Shown here: positions 23,919-32,752 of the stretch, one piece after another | Layout: every line of letters begins with the position of its first letter | How positions within the stretch are numbered: the first letter of the stretch is position 1 | IMG/VR virus record: IMGVR_UViG_3300042691_042003 | Location: 182,082-246,081 of that record | Direction: 5' to 3' (one strand) | Length of the DNA: 64,000 nucleotides | Notes under the pieces: model-generated | Database searches by the model: none | The model's input: the letters and a program-made list of their open reading frames with translations, nothing else | What the model was told of the DNA's origin: nothing | Program-made: the position numbers and the translations under genes

Positions 23919-25671
23919 TGATGGACAGAATACAAATCAACGGAGTCTGGTACGTTCGTGAAGACTTCAATTACGTTCGAGAAAAGGAAAGAGAAATGAA
24001 TCTTACGTTCTCACAGACCTGCACGTACGAAACTGATGATTATTGCTGGGAAGCTACTCGTCTATATAAAGACAAAGAAACTTTCTATCCTGACATCGAT
24101 ATCAAATTCACAGATAAATCTTGGACCAAGCCATGGCAAGAAGAATACTGGGATAATAATGCCTGGATGAAAGGAGTTCTTGAAGAAGATCCTGAATCCA
24201 TATTTGAAGCTAAAAATAATATGAACGACGAAGGTATTGCAGATTTCCGAGCATTCCTTAAAAAACTTGTTGAACTCGAATGGTTAACGAAATAATAACT
24301 CCTGAAGAAAAAAGCGAATTGATTCTAAATAAATTTATTGAAATCATTACGCAAACCCCTGTTAAAAAAGGATCATCAATTGCCGTTGAAGAATATATGA
24401 CAGCAAAAGAATGTGCAGAAGCATGTGTTGATTTTATCTACGATTTTATGAAAGATGACGACGATTTACACGAATGCGGACATTTTGCAAATTCGAGATG
24501 GGTTGATTATTACGTAAAAGTTAAAAAAGCTTTATAGAAGATTATGAACATATATCATTTAGATGTCATCACCGGCTACAGTGATTACTCCGGTCTAGCC
24601 AAGTACGAGATCAAGGCCGATGGCTACGAGGCCTACAATTCAGGTTACTATTCCTTTTGGGTCAGGAAGTCTCGACCAGGAAAAACCAGATACGAAGATG
24701 AGGTCGTAGATTACATGGAAACCGTTGCCTCGTTTCCGATTGGCAGGACAATCATTACAAGCATAGAATACAGAGAATCATAACAAACACATAGGATTAT
24801 GATAGGACGATTACATAAACGCGAACATGATGAATGGGTCGTTACTTACACTGAAGTTAACGAAACAATCGATCTACAACTTCATCCAGATGATATAAAT
24901 AATCTTGTCGAATTAGATAGAATATTTGATAATCTAGAAGCAAGGATTGCATCTCAACCAAATGTCGAATTTGAAATAGTTAATCATCAGAAATTAACAG
25001 GATCGATAAAATACGCAAAATTGAAATATAATGATAAAGCTAATTAAAGAATTCTTTCTTTCAGGTATAGAAGCAAACAAATCAATTACAGAAGCGATGA
25101 ATGCTTCTACTAAATCTCATAACAAATCTCTTGAATGGTACGATGTTGTTATAACCAAGGAGATCAACAATCTCAATCTTCAATTTCAAAACAATACAAC
25201 TAATTTAGTTAGATTCTCAGATATGTGTTCTTGTAATCCTAAAAATGGTGGCAACGGAATATGCCATTGCACTGTTGGTGATAGATTAGTTTAAATTATA
25301 TGAATAAAGAATTCGTTCCGTACGAACAAGCGGTAGCACTCAAAGAACTAGGTTTTGATGAGCCTTGTTTAGGTTACTATCTAGCAAATACTTTATTTAT
25401 ATCTAATGATAATGTTTATAATTCAACAGACATTCCTGTAATAAAGGCTCCTTTGTATTCACAAGCATTTAGATGGTTTAGAGAGAAGTACGAATTGCAT
25501 TCTCACATATATTCAGACTTCTCTTGGAACATAAGTGGCGGGATCTGGGATTTAAACGGGTATGTTGATTCAAGATATGATTGGGATTCTGAACCTTCCA
25601 AAACATTCGAAGAAGCAGAACTCGATTGTCTCTCTAAGCTAATTGAAATCGTAAAAGAAAACAACAAATAA
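23918..25671 (+). other. Run of six small hypothetical genes (23918, 24280, 24544, 24799, 25031, 25300)
   Basis: Tandem/overlapping + strand ORFs. Confidence 0.55.
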
Positions 25672-25673
25672 AA

Positions 25674-25856
25674 ATGGAAATACTACAAGCACTCATAACT
25701 CTCGCCGTACTGCTAGGGTTTTACTTTGCACCAACTCTACTAGCTGGTCATCTGAAACATCGTCAATTTACAGGAATTCTTCTGCTAAATGTCTTTCTCG
25801 GATGGACATTCATCGGTTGGGTTGCTGCTTTAGTTTGGGCAGCACTAAAAGATTAA
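25674..25856 (+). CDS. imm: Superinfection immunity protein (T4 Imm-like)
   Basis: YFAPTLLA...ILLLNVFLGWTFIGWVAALVWA. Confidence 0.85.
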   Translation: MEILQALITLAVLLGFYFAPTLLAGHLKHRQFTGILLLNVFLGWTFIGWVAALVWAALKD

Positions 25857-25888
25857 ATCAAAGTATTCAAATTAACATATAATAATAT

Positions 25889-26131
25889 ATGAAAGCAAAA
25901 TTAGAATTTAATTTAGAAGATCCGGACGATTCAATGGCTTTTGATAGAGCTTCAAAATCTCTAGATCTTTGTTTAGCTCTTTGGGATTTTAATTCAAGGA
26001 TTAGAAGTCTTCTCAAATATCCTGCGGAAGGAATTTCGGATGAAGTCTATTCAACTCTTGAAACGATTCAAGACGAATTCCAAACTTGTCTAAGCGATCA
26101 TGGAATTGTTTTAGATAGATTGATTAGGTAA
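25889..26131 (+). CDS. Hypothetical phage protein
   Basis: MKAKLEFNLEDPDD...ALWD motif common in small phage ORFs. Confidence 0.55.
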   Translation: MKAKLEFNLEDPDDSMAFDRASKSLDLCLALWDFNSRIRSLLKYPAEGISDEVYSTLETIQDEFQTCLSDHGIVLDRLIR

Positions 26132-26140
26132 ATAAAAAAT

Positions 26141-26223
26141 GCTCGGGTGTTGTAATGGTAGCCAAGAAGGTCTTAAAAACCTTTGGGAAATTTCCCGTGC
26201 CGGTTCGAGTCCGGCCTCGAGTA
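26141..26223 (+). tRNA. tRNA-Leu (TAA)
   Basis: GCTCGGG/CTCGAGT acceptor, AAGGT-CTTAAAA-ACCTT anticodon arm, long variable arm GGGAAATTTCCC, GCCGG-TTCGAGT-CCGGC; no encoded CCA. Confidence 0.9.
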
Positions 26224-26262
26224 CTTCTGGCCAAGTATATATAATAAAAATACTTGGCAAAA

Positions 26263-26934
26263 ATGGATTCTTCAAAAGAAATTAAAAAGAGAATACAATT
26301 CGTTTATAAAACTACAAATTTATTAAACGGAACCTATTATATAGGAGTTCATTCTACTTGGAATATTGATGATGGATATCTCGGATCGGGAAAACGTTTA
26401 ATTAGATCGATAAAAAAATACGGGAAAGAAAATTTCAAAAGAGAAATACTTAAAGTTTTTAGTAATTATCAAGATGCTCTCAATTATGAATCATATTTAG
26501 TAAACGAATCTTTATTAGAAGATGAATTGTGTTTAAATTTAAAACCTGGAGGATCTGGAGGATTTTGTAATAATGAGCATAAAGAAAAATTTATAGAATC
26601 TCTTAAAAATTCACAAGAATATGCATCAAAAAAAGGTAGAGAAAAAATTTTATGGCTATTAGAAAATGACATCGAATGGAAAACTAAATATTCTAATAAC
26701 ATAAAAGAAGGTCTTAAAAAATCTAATTTCGATTTTTGCACATTTAAAGGAAAGAAACATACTGAGGAATCAAAACAAAAAATTAGAGAATCTATGAAAG
26801 GGAAAGGCTCTTCTGAATCTAATTCCCAATTTGGTACTCGATGGATAACTAATGGAATTCAAAATAAGAAAATTAATAAAGAAGAATCTATTCCTGAAGG
26901 TTGGATTTTAGGAAGAAAATTAAATTTCACTTAA
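26263..26934 (+). mobile_element. Free-standing GIY-YIG homing endonuclease (Seg-like) with NUMOD3 repeat
   Basis: FVYKTTNLLNGTYYIGVH...DGYLGSG; KGKKHTEESKQKIRESMKG; adjacent to tRNA. Confidence 0.85.
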
Positions 26935-27056
26935 ACTGAAACATATAAAGGAAAAAATATTAAAAATAAATAATCTCTGGGTGACTGTGGCACATACCTT
27001 AGCCTTAAACCTCGAACCTGGGACCGAGATGGTTGGTAGCAATTTGAGATTATTAC

Positions 27057-27146
27057 AGTCAGGTAGCAGAATAGGAAAATGCTATACTTAAGCAGAGCAA
27101 GCTGGGTAATTGCTCTTTACAGGTTCGAATCCTGTCCTGACTACCA
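27057..27146 (+). ncRNA. tRNA-like repeat copy 1 (no canonical anticodon arm), ends ACCA
   Basis: AGTCAGG/CCTGACT acceptor, ACAGG-TTCGAAT-CCTGT T arm, 36-nt middle with AGAGCAA/TTGCTCT hairpin. Confidence 0.7.
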
Positions 27147-27150
27147 TATT

Positions 27151-27291
27151 ATGAGAAGCAAAACTTTTCAACGAATTCTAGATAAAATGGAAAGAGATCC
27201 GTGGTATATCAAGCTCAAAAGGTCTTTTGTTGTTGAATTGTTTGTTATTCGTAGATTAGGAATTATTAAATATATCAAACATAGAATATAG
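27151..27291 (+). CDS. 46-aa ORF between tRNA-like repeats
   Basis: MRSKTFQRILDKMERDPW...; its TAG overlaps the start of repeat copy 2. Confidence 0.5.
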   Translation: MRSKTFQRILDKMERDPWYIKLKRSFVVELFVIRRLGIIKYIKHRI

Positions 27292-27401
27292 TCAGGATGC
27301 GTAATGGTATACGCTAGTAACATATGGCATTGGTCTACGTAGTACTCTAACTATGTGCATATGAAGAATAGAAAATGCAGGTTCGAATCCTGTCCTGACT
27401 A
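27290..27401 (+). ncRNA. tRNA-like repeat copy 2
   Basis: Same acceptor and T arm, D arm GCGTAATGGTATACGC, 62-nt middle with ACGTAGT/ACTATGT hairpin. Confidence 0.7.
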
Positions 27402-27415
27402 CAAAAAATAAATTT

Positions 27416-27554
27416 ATGGAAGAAGATGAACGATGTCCAAATTGTGGTGAGTGTGAAAACATTCATACAAATTTTGATTGGAGTGAACCTTGATAGACCT
27501 GTAGAGGAATATCTGTGTAATGAATGTGGAATTTATTTTTTACCAAAACAATAA
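27416..27554 (+). pseudogene. Frameshifted zinc-ribbon ORF
   Basis: MEEDERCPNCGECENIHTNFDWSEP* then, after one extra base, DRPVEEYLCNECGIYFLPKQ* (CxxC...CxxC). Confidence 0.55.
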
Positions 27555-27557
27555 AAT

Positions 27558-27677
27558 AGTCAGGTGGCGGAATTGGTTAGACGCTACTGTGGGGCGATAC
27601 CACTCTGTTAAAAACAGCATAAGTTTTTACAATGAGGTACCAGTTGTAAAATGCAGGTTCGAGTCCTGTCCTGACTA
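27558..27677 (+). ncRNA. tRNA-like repeat copy 3
   Basis: AGTCAGGTGGCGGAATTGGTTAGACGC...GCAGGTTCGAGTCCTGTCCTGACTA; 68-nt middle with three hairpins. Confidence 0.7.
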
Positions 27678-27692
27678 CTAAAATCTAAAATT

Positions 27693-27926
27693 ATGAAAAA
27701 ACAAGAAACTCTTGAAGAGGCATCTTGGAAATATAATCCATTAAAAAAACTTGATGGTGAGTTTATAAGAGAGGCTTTCATTAAAGGTGCTCAATGGCAA
27801 TCTGAAAGAATGTATACTTATTATGAACTAAGACAGATTGCATATAATGCTTATTGTAAAGGTCATTTAGATAATCCTACAGAAAATGAATTTAATCTTT
27901 GGGTACAACAATATAAAAAGAAATAA
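27693..27926 (+). CDS. Hypothetical phage protein (KQETLEEA family)
   Basis: MKKQETLEEA...FIKGAQWQSERMY. Confidence 0.6.
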   Translation: MKKQETLEEASWKYNPLKKLDGEFIREAFIKGAQWQSERMYTYYELRQIAYNAYCKGHLDNPTENEFNLWVQQYKKK

Positions 27927-27937
27927 ATAGAAAAGAA

Positions 27938-27959
27938 TCCTGTCCTGACTACTAAAATC
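27938..27959 (+). repeat. 3' stub of tRNA-like repeat (att-like direct repeat)
   Basis: TCCTGTCCTGACTACTAAAATC identical to 27664-27685. Confidence 0.85.
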
Positions 27960-29270
27960 ATGAAGAATCATCTATCAATAAGTCCTATAGACGGCAGATA
28001 TCACGACCAAACTCAATTTTTACACAAGTACTTTTCTGAATATGCTTTAGTTAAAAACCGAGTAAGAGTAGAAGTTGAATATCTCATTAAGCTCGTAGAT
28101 AAGATTCTTCCTAATCGATTAACTAATGTAGACAGGAATTATCTAAGACTTATATATAAAAATTTTAGTGAAGAAGATTTTCAAAGAATCAAGAGAATCG
28201 AAAACGAAATTAAACACGACGTAAAAGCAGTAGAAATATTTCTAAGAGAAAGAGTTTTCGAAGATCTTAAATGTTATGTTCATTTCGGTTTAACTTCACA
28301 AGATGTAAATAGTATTTCTTATTCTCTGGCTTTAAGAGAATGGTATAGTGAAAGTGGATTTACAGAAATCTACAATTTGAAAGAGCAAATCGAATCTCTT
28401 TCTGAACGTTGGTGGAATATTCCAATGGTTTCTAGAACTCATGGTCAGCTTGCTTCTCCTACTCGTTTAGGTAAAGAAATGAAAGTTTTCTCTTATCGAT
28501 TAGAACGAAAAGAAGAAATCATATTCACATTTGCAAAGTTCGGTGGAGCCGTTGGAAATGCAAATGCTCACTATGCAGCTTTTCCTAATGTCGATTGGGA
28601 AGAATTCTTCGAGCAATTTGTAAATTCATTCAATCTAGAAAGATCCGAATGGACAACACAAATCGATTCATATGATAGCTATGCAGAAAGATTCAATCGT
28701 CTTTCAGAAATTTGCACTATCCTTCTCGACTTTTCTAGAGACATTTGGCAGTATATTTCTTTAGATTATCTAAAGCTTAGAGTCGAAGAACATGAGGTCG
28801 GATCTTCAACGATGCCCCATAAAGTAAATCCAATTAACTTTGAAAATGCAGAAGGAAATCTAGGAATTGCAATTGCTCTGTTCCGACATTTTTCCGAAAA
28901 GCTTCCTGTAAGTAGACTACAAAGAGATCTATCGGATTCAACAGTTCTACGAAATATAGGAGTTCCTATCGCACATATGCAAATAGCTATCAATCAACTT
29001 TCTGAAGGACTTGAAAAGCTAGAAGCTAATGAAGAGAAGATTCGTTTAGATCTGTATTCTGATTGGTCGATCATTACTGAAGGTATTCAAACAATTCTTA
29101 GAATTCACGGATTTGATGATGCTTATGATCGATTGAAGACTTTCTCTAGAGGCAAGAGTCCTCTTTCTCTTTATGATGTTCATAAATTTATTGATTCTTT
29201 AGAAATTCCAGAGCATATAAATAAAGAACTTAAATTAATTACTCCTGAAAATTATATCGGTCGTAATTAA
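27960..29270 (+). CDS. purB: Adenylosuccinate lyase
   Basis: ISPIDGRY, HDVKAVE, VHFGLTSQD, SRTHGQLASPT, GSSTMPHKVNPINFENAEGN, SRLQRDLSDSTVLRN. Confidence 0.95.
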   Translation: MKNHLSISPIDGRYHDQTQFLHKYFSEYALVKNRVRVEVEYLIKLVDKILPNRLTNVDRNYLRLIYKNFSEEDFQRIKRIENEIKHDVKAVEIFLRERVFEDLKCYVHFGLTSQDVNSISYSLALREWYSESGFTEIYNLKEQIESLSERWWNIPMVSRTHGQLASPTRLGKEMKVFSYRLERKEEIIFTFAKFGGAVGNANAHYAAFPNVDWEEFFEQFVNSFNLERSEWTTQIDSYDSYAERFNRLSEICTILLDFSRDIWQYISLDYLKLRVEEHEVGSSTMPHKVNPINFENAEGNLGIAIALFRHFSEKLPVSRLQRDLSDSTVLRNIGVPIAHMQIAINQLSEGLEKLEANEEKIRLDLYSDWSIITEGIQTILRIHGFDDAYDRLKTFSRGKSPLSLYDVHKFIDSLEIPEHINKELKLITPENYIGRN

Positions 29271-29274
29271 CACA

Positions 29275-29345
29275 TGCGAGGTAAGGAAATGGTATCCGCT
29301 AGGGCTCATAACCCTTGATTCTCAGTTCGAATCTGAGCCTCGCTA
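29275..29345 (+). tRNA. tRNA-fMet (CAT, initiator type)
   Basis: 1-72 mismatch, GCGAGG/CCTCGC acceptor, GGG-CTCATAA-CCC anticodon arm, CTCAG-TTCGAAT-CTGAG. Confidence 0.8.
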
Positions 29346-29347
29346 CT

Positions 29348-29438
29348 AGTCAGGTGGCGGAATTGGTTAGACGCAAAAATAGAATTAGTAAGGTCGTAAC
29401 CCCTTTACAATTTACAGGTTCGAATCCTGTCCTGACTG
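29348..29438 (+). ncRNA. tRNA-like repeat copy 4
   Basis: First 27 nt identical to copy 3; ACAGGTTCGAATCCTGTCCTGACT; 39-nt middle without canonical anticodon arm. Confidence 0.7.
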
Positions 29439-29540
29439 CTGATCAGTTTTCTGGTGGTAACGGTCGAAAGACTTCTGTAATCAAAATCCAAGAATTGCTC
29501 CTCTGGTTCTTGGGCTAAATGAGGAAAGAAAACCAGAACT

Positions 29541-29613
29541 ACGCTGTTAGTTTAATTGCATAAAACCCGGCCCTTCTAAGGCTGATTTACAGGTTGGAGT
29601 CCTGTACGGCGTA
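29541..29613 (+). tRNA. tRNA-Arg (TCT), atypical T and D loops
   Basis: ACGCTGT/ACGGCGT acceptor, CGGCC-CTTCTAA-GGCTG arm; T loop TTGGAGT, D loop lacks GG. Confidence 0.75.
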
Positions 29614-29668
29614 CTAATCGAACTTTTATTTTAATAAAATTAGAATATATAATAAAATAAAGGTTCGA

Positions 29669-30490
29669 ATGGAAAAATTAGATATAAGCGTTTATAATTG
29701 GAAATATATCCAAGAAAAACATAATAATGGAGCTTTCCTAAAAGATTTAGGTGTTACAAGGAAAGCTATAGAACAAGCTATAGAAAAAGGTCTTTTTGTA
29801 AAAATAAAAAATACAAGGAAGTGGTCAGAAGAAGAAAAAATAGAAATTTCAAAAAGACGAAAAAAATGGCTATCGGAAAATCCTGAAAAACATCCTTGGA
29901 AAAAAAATACTAAATTTAAATCTATTCCTTGTGAATTTTTAAAAAATAATCTTAAAGAATTAAACATAGAATTTTTTGAAGAAGTAACTATTAGTAAAGA
30001 AAAAAATTATTCAGCAGATATATTAATACCTTCAAAAAATTTAATAATTGAAGTTAACGGAAATCAACATTATGATAAATTAGGAAAACTTATACCATAT
30101 TATCAAGAAAGGCATGATTTTATTTCTGCTTTAGGATGGAAGATCTTAGAAATTCATTATTCATTAGCATTTAATATAGATTTTTGTAAAACTTTAATAA
30201 TTAAAGAACCGGAAAAATCCGAAATTTTACCATTTTATAAAAAAGAAAAAAGAAAAAATGTTAAATATGGTAATCGAGAAGATTACTTAAATGCTAAAAG
30301 ATTAGAATATGAAGAAAAAAATAAAGAAAAGATAATTTTAATACAAAATTCAAATATTGAATTTTCTAATTTTGGATGGGTTTCTAAAGTTTCTAAAATT
30401 TTAAATATAAAAACTCAGAAAGTTTCATTATGGATGAAAACTTTCATGCCGGATTTTTATGAAAATCAATGTTTTAAAAAGAAAAAATAA
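29669..30490 (+). mobile_element. Free-standing PD-(D/E)XK (DUF559/Vsr-like) endonuclease, probable homing endonuclease
   Basis: YSADILIPSKNLIIEVNGNQHY...RHDFISALGWKILEI; Lys-rich; adjacent to tRNA. Confidence 0.75.
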
Positions 30491-30492
30491 AT

Positions 30493-30526
30493 ACTTCTAT
30501 TTGGTTCGACTCCAAATGGAAGTACT
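30493..30526 (+). ncRNA. tRNA minihelix-like hairpin (acceptor + T arm only)
   Basis: ACTTCTA-TTTGG-TTCGACT-CCAAA-TGGAAGT-A-CT: 7+5 bp stem, canonical T loop, same ACT 3' trailer as local tRNAs. Confidence 0.55.
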
Positions 30527-30548
30527 AAGGATAAATAAAATAAATTCC

Positions 30549-31391
30549 ATGTACAAAACAAAAACCTATCACGTACTTGTTCAAAAGATGCGTGAATTTT
30601 TTTTATCTAAAGGTTTTATTGAGGTACCTACGCAATCAAGACTTTCTATACTTGCTGCTTGCGAAAATCCTCATTCAATCACAACTTTCAATTATCAAGG
30701 AGAAGTTTGGCCTCTTCCACAAACTGGACAAATGTGGTTAGAATATGAACTTCTCAAAAATCCAGAATGGCCAGGTTGCTTCTGTATTTCTACATCTTAC
30801 CGTCAAGAGAAGAATCCAATTCCTGGTCGTCATGAACTTATTTTTCCAATGTTCGAATTTGAATCTCGAGGAACAATGGAAGATATGTTACTTTTAGAAG
30901 AGGAGCTGTTAAATCATTTAGGATTTGATGCTCCTTTTGAAGCAAAATACGACGACCTTTGTCAAGAATATGGAGGAGTTCCTATTCTTGAAAACGAACA
31001 CGAGCAAAGAATGTGGGATGAAAAGGGTTCAGTAGTTTCTCTTCAACATTTCCCTCTAAGAACAAATCCTTTTTGGAATATGAAGCATAACGATAACGGA
31101 ATCTTCAATAAGGTAGATGTTATCCTCTATGGTCAAGAAACTATCGGTTCTGCCGAACGTAGTTGTGACGTAGAAAAGATGAGAGAAATGTTTTACACAA
31201 TTGAAGGAGGTAAATATTGTGAAAAACTTTTCGAACTTTTCGGTAAAGACCGAGTTGAAGCCGAACTTGAAGAATTCTTCAAACATGATTTTTTCCCTCG
31301 TTTCGGTGGAGGAATTGGAATGACTCGTCTTGCAAGAGCATATGAGCATCTTAAGAAAGATGTGCTAGTTGCTGATGCACTAACAGCTTAA
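30549..31391 (+). CDS. Class II aaRS (Asp/Asn/Lys-type) catalytic core lacking anticodon-binding domain
   Basis: Motif 1 FFLSKGFIEVPT, motif 2 YRQEK...GRHELIFPMFEFE, ETIGSAER, motif 3 RFGGGIGMTRL; no N-terminal OB fold. Confidence 0.8.
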   Translation: MYKTKTYHVLVQKMREFFLSKGFIEVPTQSRLSILAACENPHSITTFNYQGEVWPLPQTGQMWLEYELLKNPEWPGCFCISTSYRQEKNPIPGRHELIFPMFEFESRGTMEDMLLLEEELLNHLGFDAPFEAKYDDLCQEYGGVPILENEHEQRMWDEKGSVVSLQHFPLRTNPFWNMKHNDNGIFNKVDVILYGQETIGSAERSCDVEKMREMFYTIEGGKYCEKLFELFGKDRVEAELEEFFKHDFFPRFGGGIGMTRLARAYEHLKKDVLVADALTA

Positions 31392-31409
31392 TCGAAATCT
31401 TTTCGATTG

Positions 31410-31441
31410 AAAGGTACATGATGTAATATTCATGTACCTTT
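31410..31441 (+). terminator. Terminator hairpin overlapping promoter module copy 7
   Basis: AAAGGTACATGA-TGTAATAT-TCATGTACCTTT then T tract. Confidence 0.8.
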
Positions 31442-31509
31442 TTTTTATTTATTGAATTTTTTCTTTCGAGAATTCGTATTATATTAGCTATATCAAATTA
31501 ATAATAAAT
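31421..31509 (+). promoter_or_regulatory. ~90 bp repeated promoter module, copy 7
   Basis: ATGTAATATTCATGTACC...CGTATTATATTAGCTATATCAAATT. Confidence 0.8.
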
Positions 31510-31956
31510 ATGAATCTCGAAAAAATCAATCAACACTTCTACGAAGGAAATCTCACAAACACCGAGAAAACTCTTTATCGTACCGGGTACAATTTCATCC
31601 TCGAAAACAAAGGAACCCCAGAAGAAGCACACCAATACGGTCTCAAACAAATCGAGAAAATCTTCAAACTTCGTAAACTTGCAAAATCTGGTCAAATCCT
31701 TACATACTAATTTATGACAGAATCCGAAAAAAATTCTCTTCAATTTCCTGTAAAAGGACTTTCCGTTTGGTTCAATAACCGTAAAATGTTCGGTGTTCGA
31801 ACTCTTATGGAACGAAGACATCCCAATCGAGATCACCTATCACATTACGAAGTGTATACTCTTCTCGTAGATCGAGTAGGAATTCTCACTGAAACTCTCG
31901 GTTACATTCAGACTCTCGAAAGTGATTGTGCCTCTGGTAAACTTTCTCGGATGTAA
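31510..31956 (+). other. Two small hypothetical genes (31510-31710, 31714-31956)
   Basis: Second ends in ATG TAA from next module. Confidence 0.55.
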
Positions 31957-32048
31957 TATTGATGTAATAAAATTATAAAAAAAGATTTTTTCTTGTCAAT
32001 CTTTTGTTTTATATTAGCTATATCAAATTACAATAAAAACTAAAAATT
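31951..32048 (+). promoter_or_regulatory. ~90 bp repeated promoter module, copy 8
   Basis: ATGTAATATTGATGTAA...TTTTATATTAGCTATATCAAATT. Confidence 0.8.
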
Positions 32049-32752
32049 ATGAATCATTTCGAAAAGCAACAAATCATCCTCAATCAATTCGAATCTACCA
32101 TCCGTAAAGAATCGAAACGAGAAGAACCCACCTTCCTCGAAAATCTCATCGACAAATCCCGTCAACGTAAAGAAGCTTGGGAACAACGTCTTCAAAGAGA
32201 AAAGAAAGAAGAAATTCGGTATACTCACTACCGTCCAACTCATTACAAAACTCAAATTCTTTAATCAAATCCGTAAACAATCTTAATTACAATCATATGG
32301 CAATTCAACGTTTAATGCGTCAAAAAATCAATGTTTCTCCGATTATGCTCTTCGAATGGAAGCGTAACATGGATTTCAACCTTCGGAATTTGATAAATAA
32401 ACATCTACTGACGGTAAATGATTATAACACAACGTTTAATCATCAGGATCGTACATTCACAATCATCGGAATGACCGAATCGGAAAATGTAATTCTTTCC
32501 GAAGAAATCGACGGTGAACTTTACTATTGGGAATGCACATCTTGTTTCGTTCAATTGAAACTTAATCGTTTTTACGTAGAGTGGAAAAAAATAAATGGAA
32601 TAAGGGTTCCTTTCCCTATGGTCTATGAAGATCGTAAACTTTATCTCGCTAACAACCGAGTTTACAAAAAGAAGAAAGAGGAAACAACCGAAGAAGAACC
32701 AGTCATGGAATCTTATGTTGAAGACACTTATTCCGAAGAAGAAAGCCTATGA
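32049..32752 (+). other. Two hypothetical genes (32049-32264, 32297-32752)
   Basis: Second start reassigned to ATG 32297. Confidence 0.55.

Noticed and set aside
26971-27053. Possible riboswitch (SAM or ZTP-like) in a GC-richer spacer closed by TAATCTC/GAGATTA
   Set aside because: Core consensus nucleotides could not be matched by eye; needs an Rfam scan, so not called
27079-27150. Track ORF starts inside RNA genes (27079, 22515) and ORF 29315-29518
   Set aside because: They overlap tRNA or tRNA-like elements; downstream ATGs or no CDS are more plausible
29395-29401. Reading tRNA-like copy 4 as tRNA-Tyr (GTA in TCGTAAC)
   Set aside because: Position 33 would be C, the flanking stem is only 2-3 bp, and its placement relative to the D arm is non-canonical
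27057-29438. CRISPR array interpretation of the repeats
   Set aside because: Conserved parts are split 5'/3' tRNA arms, spacing is irregular and includes whole ORFs, and there are no cas genes
29438-29480. Hammerhead ribozyme (CTGA...GAAA)
   Set aside because: Core reads CTGATCA rather than CUGANGA and the stems do not line up
26263-30490. Self-splicing introns around the endonucleases
   Set aside because: No interrupted host gene or group I/II core is visible; the endonucleases appear free-standing between RNA genes
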